64,000 bases of DNA from an uncultured Pseudomonadota bacterium. GTDB lineage: Bacteria; Pseudomonadota; Alphaproteobacteria; Rs-D84. Numbering within the stretch: the first letter of the stretch is position 1; each line of letters begins with the position of its first letter. Shown piece after piece: positions 1 to 8,801 of this stretch. The DNA lies in contig CASDTC010000008.1 of the NCBI GenBank assembly GCA_949283535.1, positions 2,717 to 66,716 on the forward strand, read 5' to 3'. The position numbers and the translations under genes are program-made. The notes beneath the pieces are model-generated. The model made no database searches and was not told where the DNA came from. It saw only the letters and a list, made by a program, of their open reading frames with translations.

Positions 1-302
1 AAAAAGGTGGCGTCATTTTTCCGTGATGACGAGTTGGGCTGTTGCAAAATATGTGTATAATACAATGGAAATGTGGTATATGGCATAAATATTACGCATA
101 ACAGGTTGATTTACCTGTATCGAAAAAATTGGGCAAATGCCCCTTTTTAAACGCACGAATGGGCTATATATATTTCTGTCTTGATTTTGTAAGTATTCTA
201 ACGCGTATAAAATCAACACATTCCGGCATTTCTTTCCTTGTTATTCCCGCTTGATTCACCAATATAAATACCTTATGTCTTTGTGGGGATGCATCCAAAT
301 GT

Positions 303-328
303 AAAAAACGCCCAAATGGGCGTTTTTT
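303..328. terminator. Intrinsic terminator hairpin
   Basis: AAAAAACGCCCA-AA-TGGGCGTTTTTT directly after the stop of the minus-strand 331..1074 gene. Confidence 0.8.
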
Positions 329-330
329 TA

Positions 331-1074
331 CTATTTTTGTTGATTGTTTCGTTGTTGGTTTTGTTGTTCTTCTATTTTTGTCATGACAGCAATATTTAAA
401 GCATATGCACAATTATTTACTTTATCACGACTTGCTTTTAAATCCACACAATTTGCTGGTGCTGTATATACACCTTTTTCGCTTTTTACGCCAGTAACGC
501 CAAATGATTCTGCAAAACTTAAATCTTTTTGCAATTGACGATATGCTTCACCAATATTTCCTGCACTGACCGCCTGTAAAACAATACGAATATTGCTTTG
601 TATGCATGCCAGTCCAGCTGATGTACTGGTTTTTAACAGGCAATTTTCCGCACCAATTAATACAACATTTCTGTCGGTTGACATACTGCTGGCGGATCCA
701 GATGAATCAGATGATGATGCGCCGGCGGCTTCGAAATTAGTGGTTAATATTTCGCGGCGCAATTGCGTTTTCATACGGTTTAATGTTGCCTCTAAGAAAC
801 TGTATTGTTTATACATTTGCTGCATCATAACGGTTGTCTTTAATGCAACAACATCGCGCATCAATTGTTTATCAGAATCTGAAGTTGGATTTTCCGCTAA
901 ACCGATATTATATGTATGTGAACTGCACAATGCTAGTACTGGCGCAATACGATTATTATCATCATCACTGCAACCGTTATCTGCGGCATACACAGCTGGC
1001 ACAATAAACAGCATTGCAACCGCAGATATAATCGCAGTTTTTAATTTTATAAAATATTTATTCTTTTTTTTCAT
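331..1074 (-). CDS. Secreted hypothetical protein (247 aa)
   Basis: Basic N-terminus, hydrophobic stretch and VYA-A cleavage-like site; several Cys; Ser-rich linker; no recognised family. Confidence 0.8.
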   Translation of the reverse strand: MKKKNKYFIKLKTAIISAVAMLFIVPAVYAADNGCSDDDNNRIAPVLALCSSHTYNIGLAENPTSDSDKQLMRDVVALKTTVMMQQMYKQYSFLEATLNRMKTQLRREILTTNFEAAGASSSDSSGSASSMSTDRNVVLIGAENCLLKTSTSAGLACIQSNIRIVLQAVSAGNIGEAYRQLQKDLSFAESFGVTGVKSEKGVYTAPANCVDLKASRDKVNNCAYALNIAVMTKIEEQQNQQRNNQQK

Positions 1075-1108
1075 ATGCGCCGTATTCTGTTCTTTTGTTC
1101 AAAGCACT

Positions 1109-3214
1109 TTATTGCAAAAATGCTGGGGCATCAAAATCAAACTGCAAATTCGATAATGGTCCACCATTTGATATCCCCGAATTTAAATTTTGACTTGGCA
1201 ATGATATGCTTGATACAGATGAAACAGGTGCATTACTTGTTTCCTTGGCGGTCATTGTTTCACACGCTGTTCTTGCGACATCATCTGATACTGTACTGCA
1301 ATCACATGTTAATGTTGCCAACTGCCATATTCCACCATAATCCGAACAAAAATCTTTTCTGAATCCACCTTCATCAACATAGGTCAGGTATTTATAGTCA
1401 GCCTCCGTTGCGCCTTTATCGTCAGTACATGCTGCACGATCAATGTCCCAGTTTGTATATTTTGTTCCACTGCCAATACATTCACATTTACCTTCTCCTT
1501 GGGTGGCACCAGTTTCTTTTGATGGTACCCATTGTGCATTTCTGGACAAACTGTTTTCACATAAACATTTTTCATATTCATATCCATTAAATGATGAACA
1601 CTTATAGATAACACTAGATGCAGTTGATGATGCACCTTCGGCTATACGACCACCGTTTTGAAATATGCTTTCTAAATCTTTATCTGGAACACAAACCTTG
1701 TCTGGTAATTGTTTCAGGCTGGCGTATTGTTGTAAATCTTGGAAAGTATCTGATGTAACAGCACAATATTTCAATCCATCTGGGTCAACACTTTTATTTT
1801 GACCAAATCGATTACCGCCATATACCGCGGGTGCATCTTGCTCTATCATACGCTGTAATACATCTATATCGATATTTGCCTGTCTTTTTAAACCGCGGAA
1901 CAGAAATGAATTATCCAATGCTTCGGATGCGCAACCAACACGAACCTGGGCACCATCCAGACCTTCCTCATAATACAACCAGTTTCTTTGTACTTCTTCT
2001 TGGTTCGTTAACATTTTTATCAATTGACACCCACCGTCAGACATTGGAACAACCTGACCAACCTCGCATTCTGCGCCACCCATAACAGTACCTTCACCTG
2101 TACTGACGGCAACAGAACGACCGTTTTTACAATTTGCCGCCGTATAATGCATAACCTGTCCTTTGGTACACAGATACTGCCCCCATACATTACATGTACC
2201 ATTCAGCATCATATAAATATCGGTAATATCCACCCCAACGGATTGCGCCAATATTAACGCATCGTATAATTCATTCAGCACATCATTATACGGTTCAAAG
2301 AATTCCATTGCCTTTTGCTTAAACATACGAACACGTGCAGGTCCAGTACAATTATTTCCCGCAGAATCACAGCCCGCATATTCAAATGCGGTTTCCATTG
2401 CCGCCTTGGCAGACTTTAATGCAACCTCTGCATTTTCAATGCCGGTTAAAATTTCACCGGCGATTTGTTCACGCGCCAACAGGTTTGCATCAACCCCCGA
2501 CTGTGCCGCCAATGTTTGCGCGGCGGTTAAATCAATTGGACCCGCAGACAAACTGGCGGTTGTGTCATTTGTTGTGGTTGTGCCGGTTGCGGTTGCGCCG
2601 GTTGTGGCGGATGTTGTCGATTGACTTGATGCCGTGGCATTTGCAATTGCCGCGGTGGTTGCCGCCTGTTGCTGTTCCAGTGCCGCTTGAATTTGTGCGG
2701 CTGTATCGGCACTTTGTTGTTGCATTTGTTGTTGCATTTGCTGCATCTGTTGCTGCATTTGCTGTAATTGCTGGCTGCTTTGTGCCGCCGCAGCCTGGGC
2801 AGCCGTTGCCTGGGCATTTGCCGCCGCCGCAGATGCCGCATTTGCGTCAGACACCAATTGCGCCGCGATATAGTCAATTAAATCATTACCATACTGCTTG
2901 CACGACGCATTTGTTTCAACACATCCAACGACAATCGGACGCGCAACATCCATTGTTGCACAGCCCCCATTTGCACACTTTGGCTGGGCGCAACGAATTA
3001 TTGCCGCATTACAATTTCCAAAATCCGCTGTTGGTGCCGATGTATTCGCGCGCGGATTCATGTACGCGTTCCACATGGCATTATTTGTTGCGCCCGATGT
3101 TGGATTGTATGCGGTTAAATTACTGCCCACGGTTGTGGCAACCGGCGCCGCAGATGCAGTATTCGCACAAATCAACGATAATGCAAATAATAAAAATCTG
3201 GATATATGTTTCAT
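1109..3214 (-). CDS. Large secreted cysteine-rich protein with poly-Gln/Ala/Thr linker (~701 aa)
   Basis: Long ORF; likely start MKHISRF at 3214 with purine-rich upstream sequence; signal peptide ending ASA-A; many Cys; QQMQQQ repeat. Confidence 0.85.
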   Translation of the reverse strand: MKHISRFLLFALSLICANTASAAPVATTVGSNLTAYNPTSGATNNAMWNAYMNPRANTSAPTADFGNCNAAIIRCAQPKCANGGCATMDVARPIVVGCVETNASCKQYGNDLIDYIAAQLVSDANAASAAAANAQATAAQAAAAQSSQQLQQMQQQMQQMQQQMQQQSADTAAQIQAALEQQQAATTAAIANATASSQSTTSATTGATATGTTTTNDTTASLSAGPIDLTAAQTLAAQSGVDANLLAREQIAGEILTGIENAEVALKSAKAAMETAFEYAGCDSAGNNCTGPARVRMFKQKAMEFFEPYNDVLNELYDALILAQSVGVDITDIYMMLNGTCNVWGQYLCTKGQVMHYTAANCKNGRSVAVSTGEGTVMGGAECEVGQVVPMSDGGCQLIKMLTNQEEVQRNWLYYEEGLDGAQVRVGCASEALDNSFLFRGLKRQANIDIDVLQRMIEQDAPAVYGGNRFGQNKSVDPDGLKYCAVTSDTFQDLQQYASLKQLPDKVCVPDKDLESIFQNGGRIAEGASSTASSVIYKCSSFNGYEYEKCLCENSLSRNAQWVPSKETGATQGEGKCECIGSGTKYTNWDIDRAACTDDKGATEADYKYLTYVDEGGFRKDFCSDYGGIWQLATLTCDCSTVSDDVARTACETMTAKETSNAPVSSVSSISLPSQNLNSGISNGGPLSNLQFDFDAPAFLQ

Positions 3215-3314
3215 ATTCTCTCTTAGGATTAATTTTAACACAAAAATTCAACAGTGAAAAGACAAAAATTTGTTTTTCGTCGCGCAGCGACACAGTATTC
3301 TATACTCTGGTCCC

Positions 3315-3421
3315 TTGTCATTGCGAGCGTAGTGAAGCAATCCAGTAAATGATGCCCGCGCGTATGCGCGACTTTATTATAACTGGATCGCCACGGTCGC
3401 GTTGCTCCCTCGCGATGACAA
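3315..3421. repeat. REP/RPE-like palindromic dimer (GTCATTGCGAG...GCAATCC type)
   Basis: Left arm TTGTCATTGCGAG..GAAGCAATCCAGT (3315-3346); the right arm reverse-complemented reads TTGTCATCGCGAG..GTGGCGATCCAGT (3382-3421); central CGCGCGTATGCGCG hairpin. Confidence 0.75.
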
Positions 3422-3535
3422 AGTACAAATATTACATGTTTGTTGTAAAATTTCTTGCGATGATAAAAAGAGAATGTTGTTCGGCAATACAATTATAAAA
3501 TATTTTTATTTGTGATTTTTCATTTATTTTATAAT

Positions 3536-3562
3536 AAAAAACGGGGCGATGCCCCGTTTTTT
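3536..3562. terminator. Intrinsic terminator hairpin
   Basis: AAAAAACGGGGC-GAT-GCCCCGTTTTTT at the end of 3561..6719. Confidence 0.8.
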
Positions 3563-6500
3563 ATTCCATGCTGACGCTGATTATATCGCCATATTCGCCG
3601 GCTTCATCAGCACCGATATAACATTTCAGGTGTCTGCCGACATTGTTCATCCAGTCTTCATATATCTGTTTCTGTTCCGCAGACAGATTTGCATTCTGGA
3701 TATCGCGTGTTGCCAGCGTCAATATTGTTGCACCCGCCGCACCCGTTACAACCGCACCAACAGTTGGGGCAACCCATGAATTCTTGTTATCAGAATCGGA
3801 TGTGTTCTTTGCTGCATTAATAGCAATTTCCAAAGTAGACAGGTTTGCAAGCGCAAGATCTCCTGCTTCTTTCAAAGACGTTAACTCGGAATCGTCTGTT
3901 ACACCTACTATTGCATTTTGATTAATAACCGAAGAACCATATATTTTTATATATTCTGCATACCAATCTGACACAGACCCTTTTGCGTTATTTATAGTGC
4001 CACTATCCACATTTAATTTTGTTGCTTCATTTGCTATTGCGTTCATATAACCATTTATTGCCGCTACATCTGCAGTAACCCTTCCATTATTGCGGATAGT
4101 ATTTTCAACTTTATCTATATATTCTGATATAACCTTGCTGTTATCGGTTGATTTCTTTTTCCCGGTTAAGCCGCCCAAGGCAGACCCATCGGCAATACCC
4201 TTGCCCAGGTATGCACCACCAATCGCACTGGCAATACCACCCAATACACCAACCCATGTACGTGTACGGCGTTGGCTGGCGGCTTTGTCCGCGGTTTGTT
4301 CATCGGCAACAGTGTTTGCAATTGCCTCTAGCTCGTCAGATGGTATCCAGCTGCCACAGGTGAAAGTATCACCAACCGCAAAGTATGTTGTTGCCCAATC
4401 TGCCCCATTCATCGCATTTCTGATATCTGGATCATCGGACTGGATTGTAACCTTTACCGTGCAGAATGATCCATATAAATCATTGCTGGCGACAAAGTCA
4501 TTGCGTTCCAATCCCATGATTGTGTAATCATCTGGAACTTTTCTGTTATTTCTTAATTTTGACCACATGAATGTGCTGCCTGTATCGTTGCGTGCGATTA
4601 TGCCGCCCGCATTTGATGCCAAGCACATATTTTGCTCTTGGGTCAATTTACTGTTGTAAATCGCCTGGGCTTCTTTTTCAATGTCGTACACCAAACTGCG
4701 GAACATTGTTTCAGCCGCCTGACTTTGTGCATATGTTGTATATGAAACATATATTGGCGTATCATACATTACACCATTCGCAACAGTATTGCAAATACCC
4801 TGGGTTCCATCTGATGCGTAACACATCGGATTGCCATCAGCATCTGTTGCCTGGACATCACCTTCGACACCTTCTAACTTAGTTGCACTGCCTGCATCCA
4901 ACCAGCCAGAACGCACGCTGGTAATGTTGCCGGCGCCCCATGCAGATGTTTCACTTTCTTTCACTTTCATCTTGGCTGTTTCAATTGCCAGGTGTTCTTG
5001 GCATACGGATGCTGATTTAACAGTATCCAAACACAATCCCAGAACAATTGTATAATCCAAAACACCACCAACCTTGTTCATACTGTTATCAAATGACGAT
5101 GTACCTGTTTTGGTCAGTGTTGAATAAATATCGGTACGATTACGATAGCAATTTGTATATTCATCACCGCACATGGATTTTACACAACTTTTTGCAACAT
5201 TTTCGCATTGTGTGCGCATTTGTGCAATTGCAGCATCGCTGTAACTGGTTGCCAAAGCTGCATTCAATGATGCAATTACACCAATTGGATCCGTACCTTT
5301 ATCATCATATTCTGGGAATAATGTGGTAAATGCATCCGCCTGGTTATATGTATATGTGTATGTACCAGTACTGGTTGGGTTTTGTGCCGCATATTGGCAA
5401 TATGGATCGGTATTTACAATTGCCGAACAACCCGTTTTGATTTCATCATAAACAGCATCGCTATTAATGGATTCTTCGTCACTGCCGCGTACCAATGAAT
5501 AACATGCCGCGCCACTGCCGCCACCGCAAACACGCATTACGCATGATGATAATGTTTCAGAACATTTTTCCTTGGCATCGGTATCAAAATCTTCGATTAA
5601 ATCATTTAATCTGGCACGCATAGAATCATTCATGCGGGATGCATACGCTTCGGCAAAGACATCTTCTTGGTTATCGGCATCACTTAATTGTGATGATGTT
5701 GGCATTACGCCATTGCCCAAGAATGTTGCATAACAATACTTATTTCCGCCAATTGTATCCAGACACGAATTTCTGATATATGAACGAACAGATGAATTGC
5801 TGACCGTTTCGGAAACAGACATTAATACATTTGTTGTTGTATCTGCCAATACGCCCGCATTAATTGCATCGACCAATGCGACCGCCTGTTCCGATGAATC
5901 AGCAATACATTTATATGGGTTTGCCGCACATGCATTTAAAATACATTGATCGGCAACCTTGTAACATGTAGATACCGCATTAACCGCCGCCAATGCCGCA
6001 CCTTCGGAAATTAAAATACCAACACGACTGTCGGATGCCGGATTCGCAGTTGTTGATGTTGAACCAAACAGTTCAATTTTGCCATCGGACTGGCAACGCG
6101 CCAATGTCGAATCGCACAAAACCATTTGTTTTCTGAATTCTGTATTTGTTGTGCATAATTCAAATTCTGCACCACAAACATTATCACGTTGCAAGCATGA
6201 TGTATAACGGCGGATACAATCACTGGTGTCATACATATTTGAAATTGCTGCACCCGTTATCATTTGCCCCAGGACACTGCCGTCTGTCGGGTATGTATAG
6301 TCAGTAACCTCATCATACTGGTTTCTGGATGCAACATTTGACAGTGCGGTTGTTGATGATGTTCCAAACAATGCGTTTACACCAGACGCAGTGCATTGTG
6401 CCAAAGTACTTAAACACATTGGCATTTTTGCGTGGAACAAAACCTTGTTCGTGCATTCTTCGAAATTTGCACCACAAACATCGCCGCCCTTTAAGCACGA

Positions 6501-6719
6501 TGTATACGCATCGATACATTCAACATTATCTAATAAATTTGATGTAGATGACGATGATGTCGCACCAGATACGGCATTTATATATGCCGTCATTGTCGGC
6601 AGACGCGATGATGCCGTGCCAATAACACTGGGGCGCGCCGTTAACGCAAACGCCGCCGGTATTGCGCAGAAAACCGCCATAAATCCAACCGTTTTTTTCA
6701 GCAAATTCATTAGACTCAC
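3561..6719 (-). CDS. Very large secreted cysteine-rich repeat protein with C-terminal Gly/Ala-rich hydrophobic helices (1052 aa)
   Basis: GTG start with GGA upstream; signal peptide AFA-L; internal duplication CIDAYTSC..VCGANFEEC / CIRRYTSC..VCGAEFELC; two hydrophobic Gly-rich segments near the C-terminus. Confidence 0.85.
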   Translation of the reverse strand: MSLMNLLKKTVGFMAVFCAIPAAFALTARPSVIGTASSRLPTMTAYINAVSGATSSSSTSNLLDNVECIDAYTSCLKGGDVCGANFEECTNKVLFHAKMPMCLSTLAQCTASGVNALFGTSSTTALSNVASRNQYDEVTDYTYPTDGSVLGQMITGAAISNMYDTSDCIRRYTSCLQRDNVCGAEFELCTTNTEFRKQMVLCDSTLARCQSDGKIELFGSTSTTANPASDSRVGILISEGAALAAVNAVSTCYKVADQCILNACAANPYKCIADSSEQAVALVDAINAGVLADTTTNVLMSVSETVSNSSVRSYIRNSCLDTIGGNKYCYATFLGNGVMPTSSQLSDADNQEDVFAEAYASRMNDSMRARLNDLIEDFDTDAKEKCSETLSSCVMRVCGGGSGAACYSLVRGSDEESINSDAVYDEIKTGCSAIVNTDPYCQYAAQNPTSTGTYTYTYNQADAFTTLFPEYDDKGTDPIGVIASLNAALATSYSDAAIAQMRTQCENVAKSCVKSMCGDEYTNCYRNRTDIYSTLTKTGTSSFDNSMNKVGGVLDYTIVLGLCLDTVKSASVCQEHLAIETAKMKVKESETSAWGAGNITSVRSGWLDAGSATKLEGVEGDVQATDADGNPMCYASDGTQGICNTVANGVMYDTPIYVSYTTYAQSQAAETMFRSLVYDIEKEAQAIYNSKLTQEQNMCLASNAGGIIARNDTGSTFMWSKLRNNRKVPDDYTIMGLERNDFVASNDLYGSFCTVKVTIQSDDPDIRNAMNGADWATTYFAVGDTFTCGSWIPSDELEAIANTVADEQTADKAASQRRTRTWVGVLGGIASAIGGAYLGKGIADGSALGGLTGKKKSTDNSKVISEYIDKVENTIRNNGRVTADVAAINGYMNAIANEATKLNVDSGTINNAKGSVSDWYAEYIKIYGSSVINQNAIVGVTDDSELTSLKEAGDLALANLSTLEIAINAAKNTSDSDNKNSWVAPTVGAVVTGAAGATILTLATRDIQNANLSAEQKQIYEDWMNNVGRHLKCYIGADEAGEYGDIISVSME

Positions 6720-6830
6720 TCCATATTTATTGCTTTAAGTATAACATAAAATCATTATTTGATAAAGAAAAATATGCTAAATATACTTATTATTTTACAA
6801 AAAAAATCGGGTAATTTTTACCCGATGTTT

Positions 6831-7790
6831 TTATCCGATTTCATCTAGTATTGCACGCAATTCCAACATGTCAGACGGCATTTGCGCACGAAAATGCATT
6901 TTTTCACCACTGACCGGGTGCGTAAAATCCAGAATTTCCGCATGCAGCATTTGACCATCATGTGTTTTTATAAAATTCAGCAATTCTGGATTTTTCACAC
7001 TGCCCAGGCGCGCCGCACCACGACCGTATATTGGGTCGCACAATACTGGAAAACCATGTGCCGATAAATGTACACGAATTTGATGCGTGCGCCCTGTCAT
7101 TAATGTACACCGAAACATTGACACACCTGCGCGGGTCCATGCGTCTGCGACATTTACAATTGTATGCGCCGGTTTGCCACCTGTCTTTACCATTGTCATT
7201 TTTTTACGATTGCGTGATGAACGGGCAATGTTTCCAGTAATATCTGCGCCATCCCAATTTGGCACACCCCATACAAATGCAATATATTTACGCGTTAAAT
7301 CATGCGCAGAAAATATCTTTACCAGACCGCGAAATGCCACATCTGATTTTGCAAATACCATAACGCCACTGGTATCTTTGTCCAGACGATGAACAACACC
7401 CGGGCGCACATCCCCACCCAGCGCAGATAAATGTGTATGCGCCAGGATGTTTTGAACCAATGTACCCGTTTTATTTCCCGCTGATGGATACATCACAACA
7501 CCGCGCGGCTTATTTATAACGATTATATCGTCATCTTCGTATAAAATATCCAGTTCAAAATCAGACGATATATTTTCGGACGCAATATCTGTTTTCTTGG
7601 TCGGCATATCAACCAATATTTTATCGCCCGCACGTGTGTGATACGAAAATTTTGTATATGCATCATTTACTAAAACCGTGGCACGCTGAATTTCACTGCG
7701 TGAAAAATCTGGCATTTGTTCAGATAAAAATTTATCCAGACGCATGCCTGTATTTGTATCGGGTACAATAAATTCGTATTTCATCGTCAT
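6831..7790 (-). CDS. rluD: RluA/RluD-family 23S rRNA pseudouridine synthase
   Basis: N-terminal S4 domain (RLDKFL), INKPRG, VHRLDKDTSG and GRTHQIRVH motifs. Confidence 0.92.
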   Translation of the reverse strand: MTMKYEFIVPDTNTGMRLDKFLSEQMPDFSRSEIQRATVLVNDAYTKFSYHTRAGDKILVDMPTKKTDIASENISSDFELDILYEDDDIIVINKPRGVVMYPSAGNKTGTLVQNILAHTHLSALGGDVRPGVVHRLDKDTSGVMVFAKSDVAFRGLVKIFSAHDLTRKYIAFVWGVPNWDGADITGNIARSSRNRKKMTMVKTGGKPAHTIVNVADAWTRAGVSMFRCTLMTGRTHQIRVHLSAHGFPVLCDPIYGRGAARLGSVKNPELLNFIKTHDGQMLHAEILDFTHPVSGEKMHFRAQMPSDMLELRAILDEIG

Positions 7791-8269
7791 TATTTATATT
7801 CATCCCAATCTGGGCCCTTTTCACACTGGGATAATTCAATTGTTAAATCACGACCATCACTGTCAACCGGGCATGTTAAGATACCCGTACTTTGCGCCTG
7901 GTCCGCATCACGGGTGGCATTTCGCCATGTAAATTTAATTTCTGTTGGTGCATACAAACACGCAATTCGTAATTCGCCATCGTGTTTATTATTTGGACCA
8001 ATCCAAATGCGCACCCCTTCGCCCAGACCATAGCATGGGAATCCGTCCAGATAATACAACACTAATCCGCGTCCAATAATATTTGAACTGGGGATGAAAT
8101 TACCACGATATTCTGAATAGCGCAGACCGGTTAGAGCCTCCCAATCTGTGCTGGTGGAAAAAATACTGACTCGTGGCTGGGGCAATGGGGTATCCCCAGA
8201 CGGCGCATCTGCACAAAGTCCAGGCAATGTTATAAATATTGCAAAAAATGCGATTAATAAATTCTTCAT
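7790..8269 (-). CDS. Secreted hypothetical protein (159 aa)
   Basis: Signal-peptide-like N-terminus; stop/start overlap with rluD; no recognised family. Confidence 0.7.
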   Translation of the reverse strand: MKNLLIAFFAIFITLPGLCADAPSGDTPLPQPRVSIFSTSTDWEALTGLRYSEYRGNFIPSSNIIGRGLVLYYLDGFPCYGLGEGVRIWIGPNNKHDGELRIACLYAPTEIKFTWRNATRDADQAQSTGILTCPVDSDGRDLTIELSQCEKGPDWDEYK

Positions 8270-8271
8270 TT

Positions 8272-8793
8272 TTATTTCCCATTGTTTTCCAATTTCACAG
8301 ATATTGTTTCAACACCCGCCACAGGTACGGACAATACATGAGAAAAGTTCACAGACGCCCCCGCATCCAGCAATGTTGCAGATGGCATAAAATGTTGACG
8401 ATCAACAATATTTCCATCGCGTTCATATGATTCAACAACCAATCCAGGCACACCATAAATTTGATCAGATCGATTTACAACACGACCATTTACAACAAAA
8501 TGCACAATTCCATTTTCATCGGTTATTGTTGTAATTTCGCCAATTTCGGCAACCAATGGATTTTCACGAATTTCTGTTATTTTATTTTGCGCAATTACCG
8601 CAATTGCAAAAACAATTGCCGCCAATAATGCGCACAGTGCCGCAATAAAAACCAACCATGGTCGTGTACGCGGGGCGCGTGGAACAACCCATGTGTTACC
8701 ACATACCGCGCATTTGACCGGCATGTTCGGCACCGCATCAATTGTATATTCTGTTTTACAAAAATCACATACTGTTTTCATACGATGATTCAT
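8272..8793 (-). CDS. Zinc-ribbon (MJ0042-type) membrane protein with DUF3426-like periplasmic domain
   Basis: CxxC...VKCxxC..W N-terminus, one TM helix, Ig-like C-domain (VNGRVVN...P.L). Confidence 0.75.
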   Translation of the reverse strand: MNHRMKTVCDFCKTEYTIDAVPNMPVKCAVCGNTWVVPRAPRTRPWLVFIAALCALLAAIVFAIAVIAQNKITEIRENPLVAEIGEITTITDENGIVHFVVNGRVVNRSDQIYGVPGLVVESYERDGNIVDRQHFMPSATLLDAGASVNFSHVLSVPVAGVETISVKLENNGK

Positions 8794-8801
8794 AGCACAT
8801 T

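Noticed and set aside
1-300. AT-rich non-coding stretch with one DnaA-box match (TGTGTATAA, 52-60) as possible oriC
   Set aside because: Only one good box and no cluster; context is cut by the window edge; the short ORFs here look spurious
2335-3348. 337-aa plus-strand ORF and other long antisense ORFs (e.g. 9118..9801, 33168..33776, 35846..36586, 47700..48326)
   Set aside because: Shadows of well-supported genes on the opposite strand, with no motifs of their own
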